From an uncultured Prevotellaceae bacterium (lineage in GTDB: Bacteria; Bacteroidota; Bacteroidia; Bacteroidales; Bacteroidaceae), in NCBI GenBank assembly GCA_902779665.1, contig CACZCN010000014.1, positions 1,403 to 65,402 on the forward strand: a stretch of 64,000 nt of DNA, read 5' to 3'. Within the stretch, counting starts at the first letter, position 1, and each line of letters opens with the position of its first letter. Made by a program: the position numbers and the translations under genes. Below, piece after piece: positions 50,770-60,065 of the stretch. Under the pieces are notes generated by a model that worked only from the letters and a program-made list of their open reading frames with translations, searched no databases and was not told the origin of the DNA.

Positions 50770-51695
50770 AGAAAATCACATTCATCTTGGTAATGCTTTT
50801 GACTATTGTTGCATGTAGCGAAAAGCGAACTGCTACTATTGGGAATGAAATAGAAAGTAAAGATGTGCCGTTTGAAGTTGCCAGAAACTATTTCTTCAAG
50901 AATAATCCGGGCATATTACCTGATAATCCCAAAATAACCACGGAAGAAGAATTTAATAAGTTCTTCGGTATGGCTACTACTATGGGTAAGGATGGCAAAC
51001 CTACAGCTATTGATTTCAGCAAACAGTTTGTAATAGCCGTTGTTTTGCCTGTAACGGATATTGAAACTGAAATAAATCCCGTGAAGGTTGAAGAAAAGGG
51101 GGATTCCCTACTCTATTCATACGAGATAAAGAAAGGTGAGAAGCAATCATATAGCATTCAGCCAGTTTCTATAATCATCCTTGACAAGAAATACGAGAAT
51201 AAAACTATTATACTCGCAAATAACCAGGAAACAACATATTTCCCTGCTATTGACCACTATCTTACAGAGCAAATAGGCAGCCAATATGCCAAAGGCGAAC
51301 ATAGCGTTCCTTTCCACAGCATCGTGAGAGTAGATGAAAGTAATGCAGAGGACATCCTCGTATGGGGTGATTTCTGGGTATTCAATTACAATCAGGTTGG
51401 CGACACTTTGAAATGTGTGTCAGGAGGCAATCATCCCGGACTTATGCATATCTGCCAAACAGATAATGGCTTCAAAGTAACAGCCTTCGAGCAAGTAGAA
51501 GACGGTTCAAGGAACTTGCCGACAGCCAAGAAGATATTTGGTGAGAAGTTTAGAGCATTTCAAGCTATTCATAGCGATGAGCAGAAACGTGAGAGATTAA
51601 GAGCTGATGTTCTTAAATCCTATGTCAAGAAACATAACCTCAAGGTCTCTATGTATCAGGATTTTGGATGGCCGGCAAAGAAACTTGGAATATAA
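50766..51695 (+). CDS. hypothetical lipoprotein
   Basis: MKKITFILVMLLTIVAC lipobox; no domain recognised. Confidence 0.7.
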   Translation: MKKITFILVMLLTIVACSEKRTATIGNEIESKDVPFEVARNYFFKNNPGILPDNPKITTEEEFNKFFGMATTMGKDGKPTAIDFSKQFVIAVVLPVTDIETEINPVKVEEKGDSLLYSYEIKKGEKQSYSIQPVSIIILDKKYENKTIILANNQETTYFPAIDHYLTEQIGSQYAKGEHSVPFHSIVRVDESNAEDILVWGDFWVFNYNQVGDTLKCVSGGNHPGLMHICQTDNGFKVTAFEQVEDGSRNLPTAKKIFGEKFRAFQAIHSDEQKRERLRADVLKSYVKKHNLKVSMYQDFGWPAKKLGI

Positions 51696-51713
51696 CAGAT
51701 TGGATTAATAAAA

Positions 51714-51744
51714 AAGCAGAGCTCAAACTATTTGGGCTCTGCTT
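51714..51744. terminator. bidirectional terminator
   Basis: AAGCAGAGCTCAAA/TTTGGGCTCTGCTT between convergent genes. Confidence 0.75.
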
Positions 51745-51750
51745 GTTCTT

Positions 51751-52419
51751 TTATTGAATATGGGTGTAGATAACGCCTCGTTGCGGTTTTAACTTCTTCT
51801 GCTTCATAAGTTCACGAACAGTAACGAATGTATAGCCACGTTCCTTAAGAATCGGGATAATACGGTCAACAGCCTCTACAGTCTTGGAATTACCTTCAAA
51901 ATCATGCAGAAGATATATAAGACCATCCTTAGCGGCAGCGAGGATCTTCTCTACACGCTGATCCGCAGATACGTTGTCTTCCCAGTCATTTGAACCCTCA
52001 CCACAGATGAAGGTAAGGTCGATATTATCATACATAGTTTGGTTTAACGCAATATAAGGCGGACGGAACAACTGAGGACGCTCACCAATGTATTTTGCGA
52101 CCAATGCTGATGTGAATTCAATCTCAGACTTAATGGAATCAGCACTTAGCGTAGGCATATTAGAGTGTGTCTTGCTGTGATTCTCTATGTCATGCCCTTC
52201 GTTATGAGCACGAACCATCACCTTTGCACTCTCTTCGTTGATATTCTTGCCAATGACGAAGAATGAAGCCTTGACATTATGCTTTTTCAATACATCGAGC
52301 ATCTGTACGGTGGTCGTGGTATTAGGACCATCATCAAAGCTCAATGCCACAAGTTTACTCTGACTAAATGCTGCTGAGCACATAAGAAACGACATTAAAG
52401 ATATTATTGTTCTTTTCAT
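51751..52419 (-). CDS. CE4 polysaccharide deacetylase (acetyl-xylan-esterase-like), secreted
   Basis: SFDDGP, NHSKTH, RPPY, LLHD all intact; signal peptide. Confidence 0.9.
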   Translation of the reverse strand: MKRTIISLMSFLMCSAAFSQSKLVALSFDDGPNTTTTVQMLDVLKKHNVKASFFVIGKNINEESAKVMVRAHNEGHDIENHSKTHSNMPTLSADSIKSEIEFTSALVAKYIGERPQLFRPPYIALNQTMYDNIDLTFICGEGSNDWEDNVSADQRVEKILAAAKDGLIYLLHDFEGNSKTVEAVDRIIPILKERGYTFVTVRELMKQKKLKPQRGVIYTHIQ

Positions 52420-52427
52420 AAATGATA

Positions 52428-52470
52428 TTTACTATTTACTATGTACTATTTATTTACTATTTACTTTCGC
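52428..52470. repeat. heptamer array (TTTACTA)
   Basis: TTTACTA TTTACTA TGTACTA ... TTTACTA TTTACTT; complementary-type units (TAGTAAA) near 53159-53187. Confidence 0.6.
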
Positions 52471-52526
52471 CACAGGCATTTACTATTTGCGCTTTGCGAA
52501 AATTATTAATATCTTCCAATAGTACA

Positions 52527-53024
52527 TTAAACTTGTTCATTCAATTCTATTATCTCTAAATCCTTTATTGTATCTTTGTCTATTACAAAGCGGATGAGAG
52601 TCCGAACTGGCTGTTGTCCGTATAATCCTGCTGCTCCGGGATTGATATGCAGACAACCGAGTCTCTTATCCATCATAACCTTCAGGATATGCGAATGTCC
52701 GGAAATGAAAAGTCGTGGCGGATTTGTCATTATCTCGTGAAAGATACTACGGTCATATTTTCCCGGATATCCACCGATATGCTTCATCAGGACATCTACT
52801 TCCTCGCACATAAATCGCTGTATCTCAGGAAACTCGCGTCTTACATCCGTACCGTCTATATTGCCATATACAGCACGAAGAGGTGCAACTGCCCTTAGTT
52901 TATCAGCAATCTCAAGCGTTCCCATATCACCTACATGCCATATCTCGTCACACTCGGCAAAATGCTTTGCGTAACGCTCATCCCAATGTGAATGGGTATC
53001 AGAAAGAAGTCCTATACGTTTCAT
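52527..53024 (-). CDS. YfcE-like metallophosphoesterase
   Basis: LSDTH, HVGD, GNID, GHSH, NPGAAG. Confidence 0.9.
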   Translation of the reverse strand: MKRIGLLSDTHSHWDERYAKHFAECDEIWHVGDMGTLEIADKLRAVAPLRAVYGNIDGTDVRREFPEIQRFMCEEVDVLMKHIGGYPGKYDRSIFHEIMTNPPRLFISGHSHILKVMMDKRLGCLHINPGAAGLYGQQPVRTLIRFVIDKDTIKDLEIIELNEQV

Positions 53025-53195
53025 ATTATATTTGCCTACAAAAATACAAATAAATCGTCATATACACAAGACTAATAGCAATAATTAACCATTTCCCTTA
53101 AATTCAATATGTTTTTACTTGTACAAGCACAGAAAAAATCGTAATTTTGCCCTTAAAATAGTAAATGGTACATAGTTAAATAGTAAATTCCATAG

Positions 53196-53849
53196 ATGCT
53201 TTTTCGTCTTCTCGATGATAAACCCAACATATTTCCCGACCCTCATTATGGTGAGGATGACGGATTGATAGCCATAGGAGGCGACTTGTCTCCTGAGCGT
53301 CTCATTACCGCATACAACAACGGTATATTCCCTTGGTATGGTTACAAGGAAAACGAGGAAATCATGTGGTGGTGTCCTCTCGACCGCTTTGTCATCTTCC
53401 CCAAGGAAATCCACATCAGCCATTCCATGCGCCAACTGATTAAGAAAGGCACATACAAAACGACAATAAATCAAGCATTTGAAAAGGTAATCGAGAATTG
53501 CAGCAAGACAGACAAGCGCAACGAACAGGTTGGAGCTTGGCTTGGCAACGACATGATAAATGCCTATAAAAAGATGTACGAACTCGGGCTTGCTGTCTCC
53601 GTTGAGGTATGGGATAAGGAAGGTAATCTCGTTGGAGGTTTGTATGGCATCAACATCAACTACAACTTCTTTGGCGAGAGTATGTTCTCCCTCGTTCCAA
53701 GCGCATCAAAACTTGCTCTCATATATCTTGCCGAGCAACTCAAGCCTTTTGGCGGCATAATCGACTGCCAGTTTGAAACTCCCCATCTCCTAACTATGGG
53801 TGGCAGACATATCACATACGATGAATATATGACATATCTCAGGGCTTAG
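53196..53849 (+). CDS. aat: leucyl/phenylalanyl-tRNA--protein transferase
   Basis: GGDLSPERL, GIFPW, SVEVW, GGLYG, FFGESMFS, SKLAL. Confidence 0.95.
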   Translation: MLFRLLDDKPNIFPDPHYGEDDGLIAIGGDLSPERLITAYNNGIFPWYGYKENEEIMWWCPLDRFVIFPKEIHISHSMRQLIKKGTYKTTINQAFEKVIENCSKTDKRNEQVGAWLGNDMINAYKKMYELGLAVSVEVWDKEGNLVGGLYGININYNFFGESMFSLVPSASKLALIYLAEQLKPFGGIIDCQFETPHLLTMGGRHITYDEYMTYLRA

Positions 53850-55075
53850 AATGTATTTATACAATCCCAATACATAAGATCATCTCTAACATACCCGATT
53901 TTTCCATCAACTTTCACTTTAAACCAATCATCTGTACTATAATCGTCCTGAGAAGGAACATATCCCAGACAATCTACAGGACTTGGCATATCTCCATACA
54001 ATTCACATATAGTGCCAATTACACGACTTTTCATACTTGGCAATGCTCTCACATTTACGATTTTTTTCTTTTCCCCATTCTTTATCGTATATTTAACTTC
54101 AGAAGATATCCAGACACAGCCCTTTCCATCTTTCGCTCTATATTCTACCGCCCTGTGACCATTCTTTGGAACTCTTCCATAATCCTGTGCTACTATAAAA
54201 TAAGAATCACCACAATCACCCATAAAACGACCAACAACCTCTCCTTTATCGTTTTCTACCACCCATGCACAATTAGGATAAATACCTTCAACAGGGCTAA
54301 CTCCCTCTGGAGAAGTAATAGCTAAATCCATTTCTGGACGGAAATTTTCTGAATGCCATTCCATATACTGAGATGGAGCCTGAAAATCAACAAAAACACA
54401 ACTACCTTCGCCATAACAAAATATTTTATCTTGTCCATCAGGATACATAACAAACGAAGAACCTTTCCATAGTTCTCCTGGAAGAAAATAACTCGTATGA
54501 TCTTCAGTCTTTATCCTTAATGTAAAATCATCAATCTGATGGTTTGCCCAACGTGTTGCAGGACTCAACCTATACATTATAAGAAATTTCTTTTCTGATG
54601 TATAGCCCATGTGATACCTATATGTATGATGCACAATATTTTTGCCTTTTTTAAAGGTGGCATCAAAGTAATAAGCGTATGAATATTCAACAAGCAACTC
54701 AGGCTTCGGCGACAAAGTATCAGCAATAACAGCATTCTCATGACTTAATTTTTCGCCATTCATCATTACTGTAAAGTCATGAATAAACGGATGAATACCA
54801 TTATTATTCAGAGGAGCCAAATCTTCATCAGGACCGGGAGCTTCAAATGCCATTTTAACAGTCTTAGTATCACTGTTATTCATAAACTCATAATATACAT
54901 CAACAATTGCGAAGCTATCTTTTCCAATCGTAATTGTCAGAATTTCCTTTGCAACTGATATGTCGGTTTCTTGAACAGGAACCAAACCTGAACCTGAAGC
55001 ATAATATACGCCATCATTAGCTTTTCCGAATAATGTCGTTAGCAACATCAAAATTGTTAGTGATATATATTTCAT
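53846..55075 (-). CDS. secreted DUF4424-like protein with C-terminal SH3-like domain
   Basis: Signal peptide; DISVAKEILTI...VYYEFMN; NVRALPS...WFKVKVDGKIGYV. Confidence 0.6.
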   Translation of the reverse strand: MKYISLTILMLLTTLFGKANDGVYYASGSGLVPVQETDISVAKEILTITIGKDSFAIVDVYYEFMNNSDTKTVKMAFEAPGPDEDLAPLNNNGIHPFIHDFTVMMNGEKLSHENAVIADTLSPKPELLVEYSYAYYFDATFKKGKNIVHHTYRYHMGYTSEKKFLIMYRLSPATRWANHQIDDFTLRIKTEDHTSYFLPGELWKGSSFVMYPDGQDKIFCYGEGSCVFVDFQAPSQYMEWHSENFRPEMDLAITSPEGVSPVEGIYPNCAWVVENDKGEVVGRFMGDCGDSYFIVAQDYGRVPKNGHRAVEYRAKDGKGCVWISSEVKYTIKNGEKKKIVNVRALPSMKSRVIGTICELYGDMPSPVDCLGYVPSQDDYSTDDWFKVKVDGKIGYVRDDLMYWDCINTF

Positions 55076-55190
55076 TATGATTCTTATTTTTTGATTTTCA
55101 CCAGCAAAAGTATAATAAAAATATCAAATCGCCAAATTTTCATCCTTGTTTCAAAGAAAAAAGCACCTTGGGTATATAATTTTGCTTATG

Positions 55191-55278
55191 ATACTCCATC
55201 GTAAGTCCATCGTTCCTCCATCGATTCTCCATCGAAACGATGGACCATCGATGGAGTATCGATGGAGCATCTACGGAG
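55191..55278. repeat. 11-bp-period palindromic array
   Basis: CCATCG units with CG at 55200, 55211, 55222, 55233, then CGATGG units at 55238, 55249, 55260. Confidence 0.88.
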
Positions 55279-55407
55279 GATGAGGTATGAATCAACGTCT
55301 TTACATACAGATTATAGGGGACTCACAAAAACTTTTCACACGTTTCCTTTTGTAATATCATAATTATTTTGTACTTTTGCCAACGCAATAATAATAATCA
55401 AATCTAT

Positions 55408-57153
55408 ATGAGACATTACTTCGTCCTTTTGTTTTTAGCCGTGACTTTATCTTGTTCTGCGAAACAAGGCGTTTCACAGCAGACTGACAATAAGCATACA
55501 TTCGTAGTTGACGAGAACCTCCCAGCCCCCGAAAAAAACTTTGAAATACTATCTGGTGAACTTATTGCCAAACAATGGGCTAGCGAGAATAAGGTAAACA
55601 AAACCATTGCGTATAGCTTTGAAAACGAAGATCTATGTAATCTCGGACAAGATAATTTCTTCAAATGTATGGTTCAAGCTTATGCCGGCCATCATTCTGT
55701 TATTCTGTCGCCTGATATTATCTGGAATGTCATAGCACAGGGATTCAGTCAGCACGTCAACAATAATCCAGAGGCTTTGCGTGACAGAATTGTATATCAC
55801 GAGAAAGGCAAGATTACCCTTTCTGTGATAACCAAGGAGGATTTGCATTCACCTAACGTGAAATGGGACGAACTTCTTGATACTTTCGAGAAACAGATTA
55901 CCGAAAACACCAAGGACAATCTTGCTGATGTGATGCGAGCAGATTTCAGCACAACTGACAAGACAGCACGCATAGTATCACAGATGACATTGATGAGTTC
56001 GGTCAAGTCTTTCTTAAATTATGAAATCCATTATAAATGTGGTATTCCAAGTATTACAATTGAAGGTACTCCAGAGGACTGGCAAAAGGTATTGAAGAAA
56101 ACCGAGCAACTGAGAAAATACGACCTCGACTGGTGGGTGGATGATCTCGTACCTATTCTTAATGAATTTGTAAAGGCTTCCGAGGGAAAGGTTGAAAAGG
56201 CATTCTGGCAGAGTATAGTCAAGCAAAAACGTGTAGATGAACTTAGAAGAAGCAGTTGCGGTTCTAAAAATGGAACAAAACTTGATGGTTGGTTTCTTAA
56301 ATTGATGCCATACACTAAGAAAGGAGAGAGAACCCCCAAAGAGATTCTATGTGATTCCGATATGCCTGCACAGATGCTAAGTATTGATTTCCAGTATAAA
56401 AACACACAAAAGAGCACAACAACTCCAATGGAGATGCTGTGCGGTTTCGTGGGTATTGAGGTTGATTCTACGACCAATACCATGCGTCCCAAATTAGGGT
56501 GGATGGTATGCGAGAAAAACATACAGCTTGAGTTGGAAGCTATAACAGAGAATACAATTCAAGTACATGAGATTCCCGATTTACTGCAAAGCATCGAGTA
56601 TGAACCATCTATTTCCCTAACACTTTTAAAAGACGACATCAAGTTTCCTGATTGGTTTGGTAATCTGAGAATTGACAGAATTAAGCTTGAAGTTTCAAAG
56701 AACAATGACGGGGTTAAGGAAAAACTGGAAAAGATATTCCCAAACAGGATTGTAACATCAGAAAAGGTAGATGAAGAATTTACAAAATATATAGTACAGG
56801 TAAAGAAGAGCTTTGAGCCTGAAAATCATATATTCACAAAAATTCAATTAGACAATTCTCTTCGGGCAAAACAAGCAGATTTCCATGACGAGTATAAACT
56901 CATAAAAGAAAATCGTCGTATTCCAGAATCCCATAATGGAAGTGTGGCCATAGAGTGCTTTGTAGATATTGATGGTTCAATTTCTGATTTTGAGATAATA
57001 GATGATTGGACTTCCGCTACTAACGAAATGAAGGAAGAAGCATTGAGACTGGCAAGATTATTGCCAAAATACACTCCTGCAATGGTTTCAAACGTAGAGA
57101 ATGAACCACTTCATAAGGTCAAAAGTAAATATATTTTATGGATTCCTTTCTAA
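55408..57153 (+). CDS. DUF4419-like lipoprotein with C-terminal TonB_C-like domain
   Basis: AYAGHHSVILSPDIIW, CGIPSITIEGTPEDW; CFVDIDGSIS...EALRLARLLPKYTPA; lipobox TLSC; -7 box at 55372. Confidence 0.7.
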   Translation: MRHYFVLLFLAVTLSCSAKQGVSQQTDNKHTFVVDENLPAPEKNFEILSGELIAKQWASENKVNKTIAYSFENEDLCNLGQDNFFKCMVQAYAGHHSVILSPDIIWNVIAQGFSQHVNNNPEALRDRIVYHEKGKITLSVITKEDLHSPNVKWDELLDTFEKQITENTKDNLADVMRADFSTTDKTARIVSQMTLMSSVKSFLNYEIHYKCGIPSITIEGTPEDWQKVLKKTEQLRKYDLDWWVDDLVPILNEFVKASEGKVEKAFWQSIVKQKRVDELRRSSCGSKNGTKLDGWFLKLMPYTKKGERTPKEILCDSDMPAQMLSIDFQYKNTQKSTTTPMEMLCGFVGIEVDSTTNTMRPKLGWMVCEKNIQLELEAITENTIQVHEIPDLLQSIEYEPSISLTLLKDDIKFPDWFGNLRIDRIKLEVSKNNDGVKEKLEKIFPNRIVTSEKVDEEFTKYIVQVKKSFEPENHIFTKIQLDNSLRAKQADFHDEYKLIKENRRIPESHNGSVAIECFVDIDGSISDFEIIDDWTSATNEMKEEALRLARLLPKYTPAMVSNVENEPLHKVKSKYILWIPF

Positions 57154-57205
57154 TTAATAAATAAAATAACAAATCAATCATGCTACTCTTTGTAGCATAA
57201 TCATT

Positions 57206-57427
57206 ATGGAATATCTACCAAAAGACCCGGCAATATTGGTTTCTAGCATAAACATGCTTTTGCGTGATGAGGAATTCGATACCCTCGAATCTCTATGCTA
57301 TAGTTTTAGTCGTGAACCTGAAGAGATAAAGGATTACCTGCTTCAGAATGAATATGTGTATAGCGAGGAGCAGAAGCAATTCAGGCCGGTGGGGTATGAT
57401 AAGACCCACCCCTGCCCCCTCCCATAA
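57206..57427 (+). CDS. DUF4250-like small protein
   Basis: LPKDPAILVSSINMLLRD; stop codon lies inside a REP-like arm. Confidence 0.75.
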   Translation: MEYLPKDPAILVSSINMLLRDEEFDTLESLCYSFSREPEEIKDYLLQNEYVYSEEQKQFRPVGYDKTHPCPLP

Positions 57428-57560
57428 AGGGAGGGGAATAATTACCTTTTATCATCACGAGTAATTACATTAAAGTTTCGTTACTATCCACTCCCCTCCC
57501 TTTATGGGAAGTCCGATGTTGATAACATCGGAGTATGTGTCAGGGGCTGGGGGGTGGGTC
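57403..57560. repeat. REPIN-like C/G-rich inverted repeat with a nested 32-bp hairpin
   Basis: GACCCACCCCTGCCCCCTCCCATAAAGGGAGGGGA versus TCCCCTCCCTTTATGGGA[insert 57510-57541]AGGGGCTGGGGGGTGGGTC. Confidence 0.8.
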
Positions 57561-57569
57561 TTTTAATTC

Positions 57570-57821
57570 ATGATTACAAAAGACGCAATAGAATCTGCTT
57601 TCTGTTTCTTTCATCAGAAACAACGTATATACCAGTATTCTACGCTGGATTGGCAGAAGGATGATATAGAATACGCCATTGGCGACTATGTTGATAATAT
57701 GAACAAGGAACTATACTCAAGTCTCGCAAAGGGAAAGCCGCACTTTCTGCATAGCCACACCACCTTTGCGGAGGAATTGCTTGATGCCGTAGAAACCTTG
57801 GAAAGAATGTTGGAACAATAA
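57570..57821 (+). CDS. hypothetical protein
   Basis: 83-aa ORF translationally coupled to the next gene. Confidence 0.65.
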   Translation: MITKDAIESAFCFFHQKQRIYQYSTLDWQKDDIEYAIGDYVDNMNKELYSSLAKGKPHFLHSHTTFAEELLDAVETLERMLEQ

Positions 57822-58363
57822 TGGAAGAAAAATCATACCATTCCTTACCGCTTATCGGCACATACAGAGAAAATGATGCTCTTACCCTATATAATGAGGT
57901 TAAGAAACATAACGATTTCGTGAACTTCATGAGGCTGTATATGCACGACGAAGATTATCATGTGGCCAGAAATGCCCTGTGGTCTATGACAAAGGCTACA
58001 GATAGCGAACTCTCGCAGCTTCAGCCAATATATAACGAGTTGATAGACCTTGCCATGAAAGCCAGTAACTCTTCCGTATGCCGTCTAACTCTCAACATCA
58101 TAGAACGACTGAAAATGGAAGAAGACGACCTGCGTTCTGATTTCCTCGATTTCTGTCTTGAGAAGATGACAGCCATTGATGAACCTCCTGGCATTCAGTC
58201 TCTTGCCATGAAACTTGCCTATCGTATGTGCAAGTTCTATCCAGAGCTTATGAACGAACTTATTGTTACCCTCAAGGCTCTGGAGATGGATTTCTATACA
58301 GCTGCTGTGAAATCTGTGAGAAACAAGATTCTGAAGCCTAACCAAGCCTTCCCAAATGGGTAG
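57821..58363 (+). CDS. hypothetical alpha-helical (HEAT/ARM-like) protein
   Basis: Leu-rich amphipathic helices; VARNALW. Confidence 0.65.
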   Translation: MEEKSYHSLPLIGTYRENDALTLYNEVKKHNDFVNFMRLYMHDEDYHVARNALWSMTKATDSELSQLQPIYNELIDLAMKASNSSVCRLTLNIIERLKMEEDDLRSDFLDFCLEKMTAIDEPPGIQSLAMKLAYRMCKFYPELMNELIVTLKALEMDFYTAAVKSVRNKILKPNQAFPNG

Positions 58364-58393
58364 TCCGATGTTGATTACATCGGAGTATGTGAC
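58335..58393. repeat. REP-like arm plus second copy of the 32-bp hairpin
   Basis: AGCCTAACCAAGCCTTCCCAAA identical to 59921-59942; AGTCCGATGTTGATTACATCGGAGTATGTGAC at 58362-58393. Confidence 0.8.
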
Positions 58394-58453
58394 AAGATGT
58401 GATTTGATGTAAAGTTTGTAGGTGAAAAATTTGGATTTCTGCTAAATAATGCC

Positions 58454-58461
58454 TAACTTTG
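58454..58461 (+). promoter_or_regulatory. -7 box TAACTTTG for the Fe-ADH gene
   Basis: Directly precedes element B. Confidence 0.7.
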
Positions 58462-58640
58462 CACTTGTCAAGCCGAAGGACGTGCGCCAGCCTTTGGGGC
58501 TGACACGCACTCTTGACTACGTACGAGGTGCAAAGCACGTTGTCACTTGTCAAGCCGAAGGGCTGACACGCACTCTTGACTACGTACGAGGTGCAAAGCA
58601 CGTTGTCACTTGTCAAGCCGAAGGACGTGCGCCAGCCTTT
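58462..58640 (+). repeat. tandem copies of the promoter-anchored structured element (locus B)
   Basis: CACTTGTCAAGCCGAAG at 58462, 58544, 58607; 82-bp unit, second copy lacks 19 bp, third truncated. Confidence 0.88.
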
Positions 58641-58734
58641 ATGAATCTAGGCTTACGCCGCTCTTTTATCAAAAGACGCTCAAATCCCATAAACTAAATG
58701 ATTTGCAAAAAATTAAATTATCTACTAAAAAATC

Positions 58735-59922
58735 ATGCAAAATTTCAAGTACTACGCACCAACACACGTTGTGTTTGGTCGTGACACAGAGAAAGAAGTT
58801 GCCTCTCTCGTAAAGAAATACGGAGGTAAGAAAGTCCTTTTACACTATGGTGGCCAGAGTGCCATTAAATCCGGTCTTTTAGCAACAGTTGAGAAGCAAC
58901 TCTCTGATGCCGGGATAGAATATGTGAAACTTGGAGGCGTTAAGCCTAATCCACGTCTGTCTCTCGTAAGAAAAGGCATAGAGCTTTGTAAGGCCGAGAA
59001 CATCGACTTCCTCTTGGCTGTAGGTGGCGGTTCTGTTATCGACTCTTGTAAAGCTATCTCTTCCGGCCGTTTCTACGATGGCGATGTATGGACACTCTAC
59101 GAACATAAGGATCACGCAACGAAGTACCTTCCAATAGGTTGTATCCTTACCATACCAGCAGCAGGAAGCGAGATGAGCGACGGCTCTGTTATTACAAATG
59201 ATGAGGTTAAGGGATGGTTGAAGAAAGACTATTGCGTGGATGATTTCCGCTGCAAGTTCGCTATTATGAATCCGGAACTGACCTTCACCCTACCAGCATG
59301 GCAGACCGCTTGTGGCATCACAGATATGATGATGCACACTATGGAGCGTTATTTCAGCAAGGATGACGATATGGAGATAACCGACGCAATCGCAGAGGCT
59401 GTTCTTCGCACTTGTATGAAAGAAGGCAGAAAGGCACTCGACAATCCTACCGACTATAAGAGTCGTGCCAACGTAATGTGGGCAGGTTCACTTGCACATA
59501 ACGACCTTACCGGTTGCGGAACAACGGGCGACTGGGCAACACATTGTATTGAACATGAACTCTCAGGTATGTTCGATGTAAGTCATGGTGCTGGTCTTGC
59601 AGCTATGTGGGGCTCTTGGGCACGCTATACACGTGAGGAGAATATGCCACGCTTTGCACGTTTCGCACGTAATGTGATGTGTATCGATACAACAGGTATG
59701 AGCGACCTTGAAGCTGCCGAGGCTGGTATTCAGGCTATGGAGAAGTTCTTCAACTCTATCGGTATGCCTACTGACATCCACACCCTCATAGGCAAGGAGA
59801 TTAGCGATGCAGAGATTGAGGATATGGCAGACAAATGCACCAACGGCGATACAACAACCGTTGGCGGGCTCAAGGTCCTCAAGAAAGCTGATGTCATCAA
59901 GATTTATCAGATGGCGAAATAG
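58735..59922 (+). CDS. iron-containing alcohol dehydrogenase (BdhA/YqhD-like)
   Basis: KPNPR, AVGGGSVID, PAAGSE, HCIEHELS, SHGAGLA. Confidence 0.92.
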   Translation: MQNFKYYAPTHVVFGRDTEKEVASLVKKYGGKKVLLHYGGQSAIKSGLLATVEKQLSDAGIEYVKLGGVKPNPRLSLVRKGIELCKAENIDFLLAVGGGSVIDSCKAISSGRFYDGDVWTLYEHKDHATKYLPIGCILTIPAAGSEMSDGSVITNDEVKGWLKKDYCVDDFRCKFAIMNPELTFTLPAWQTACGITDMMMHTMERYFSKDDDMEITDAIAEAVLRTCMKEGRKALDNPTDYKSRANVMWAGSLAHNDLTGCGTTGDWATHCIEHELSGMFDVSHGAGLAAMWGSWARYTREENMPRFARFARNVMCIDTTGMSDLEAAEAGIQAMEKFFNSIGMPTDIHTLIGKEISDAEIEDMADKCTNGDTTTVGGLKVLKKADVIKIYQMAK

Positions 59923-60065
59923 CCTAACCAAGCCTTCCCAAAGGGAAGGATGTTTGATAGTAATAAATACATAACAAAAATCCCCTATTCAATCCAAACA
60001 AGGAACTGAATAGGGGATTTTACTATATAAACTTCCTCCCCCTCGGGGGAGTCAGAGGGGGGCTT
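59921..60065. repeat. REP-like C/G-rich arms around a central terminator hairpin
   Basis: CCTTCCCAAAGGGAAGG arm; AAAATCCCCTATTCA/TGAATAGGGGATTTT stem; CTCCCCCTCGGGGGAG arm. Confidence 0.7.

Noticed and set aside
52428-53190. Invertible (phase-variable) segment bounded by TTTACTA/TAGTAAA arrays
   Set aside because: Arms are short, degenerate and AT-only; no recombinase nearby.
58338-58813. ORFs 58338-58616, 58449-58697 and 58610-58813
   Set aside because: They arise from repeat DNA or overlap the Fe-ADH gene in another frame.
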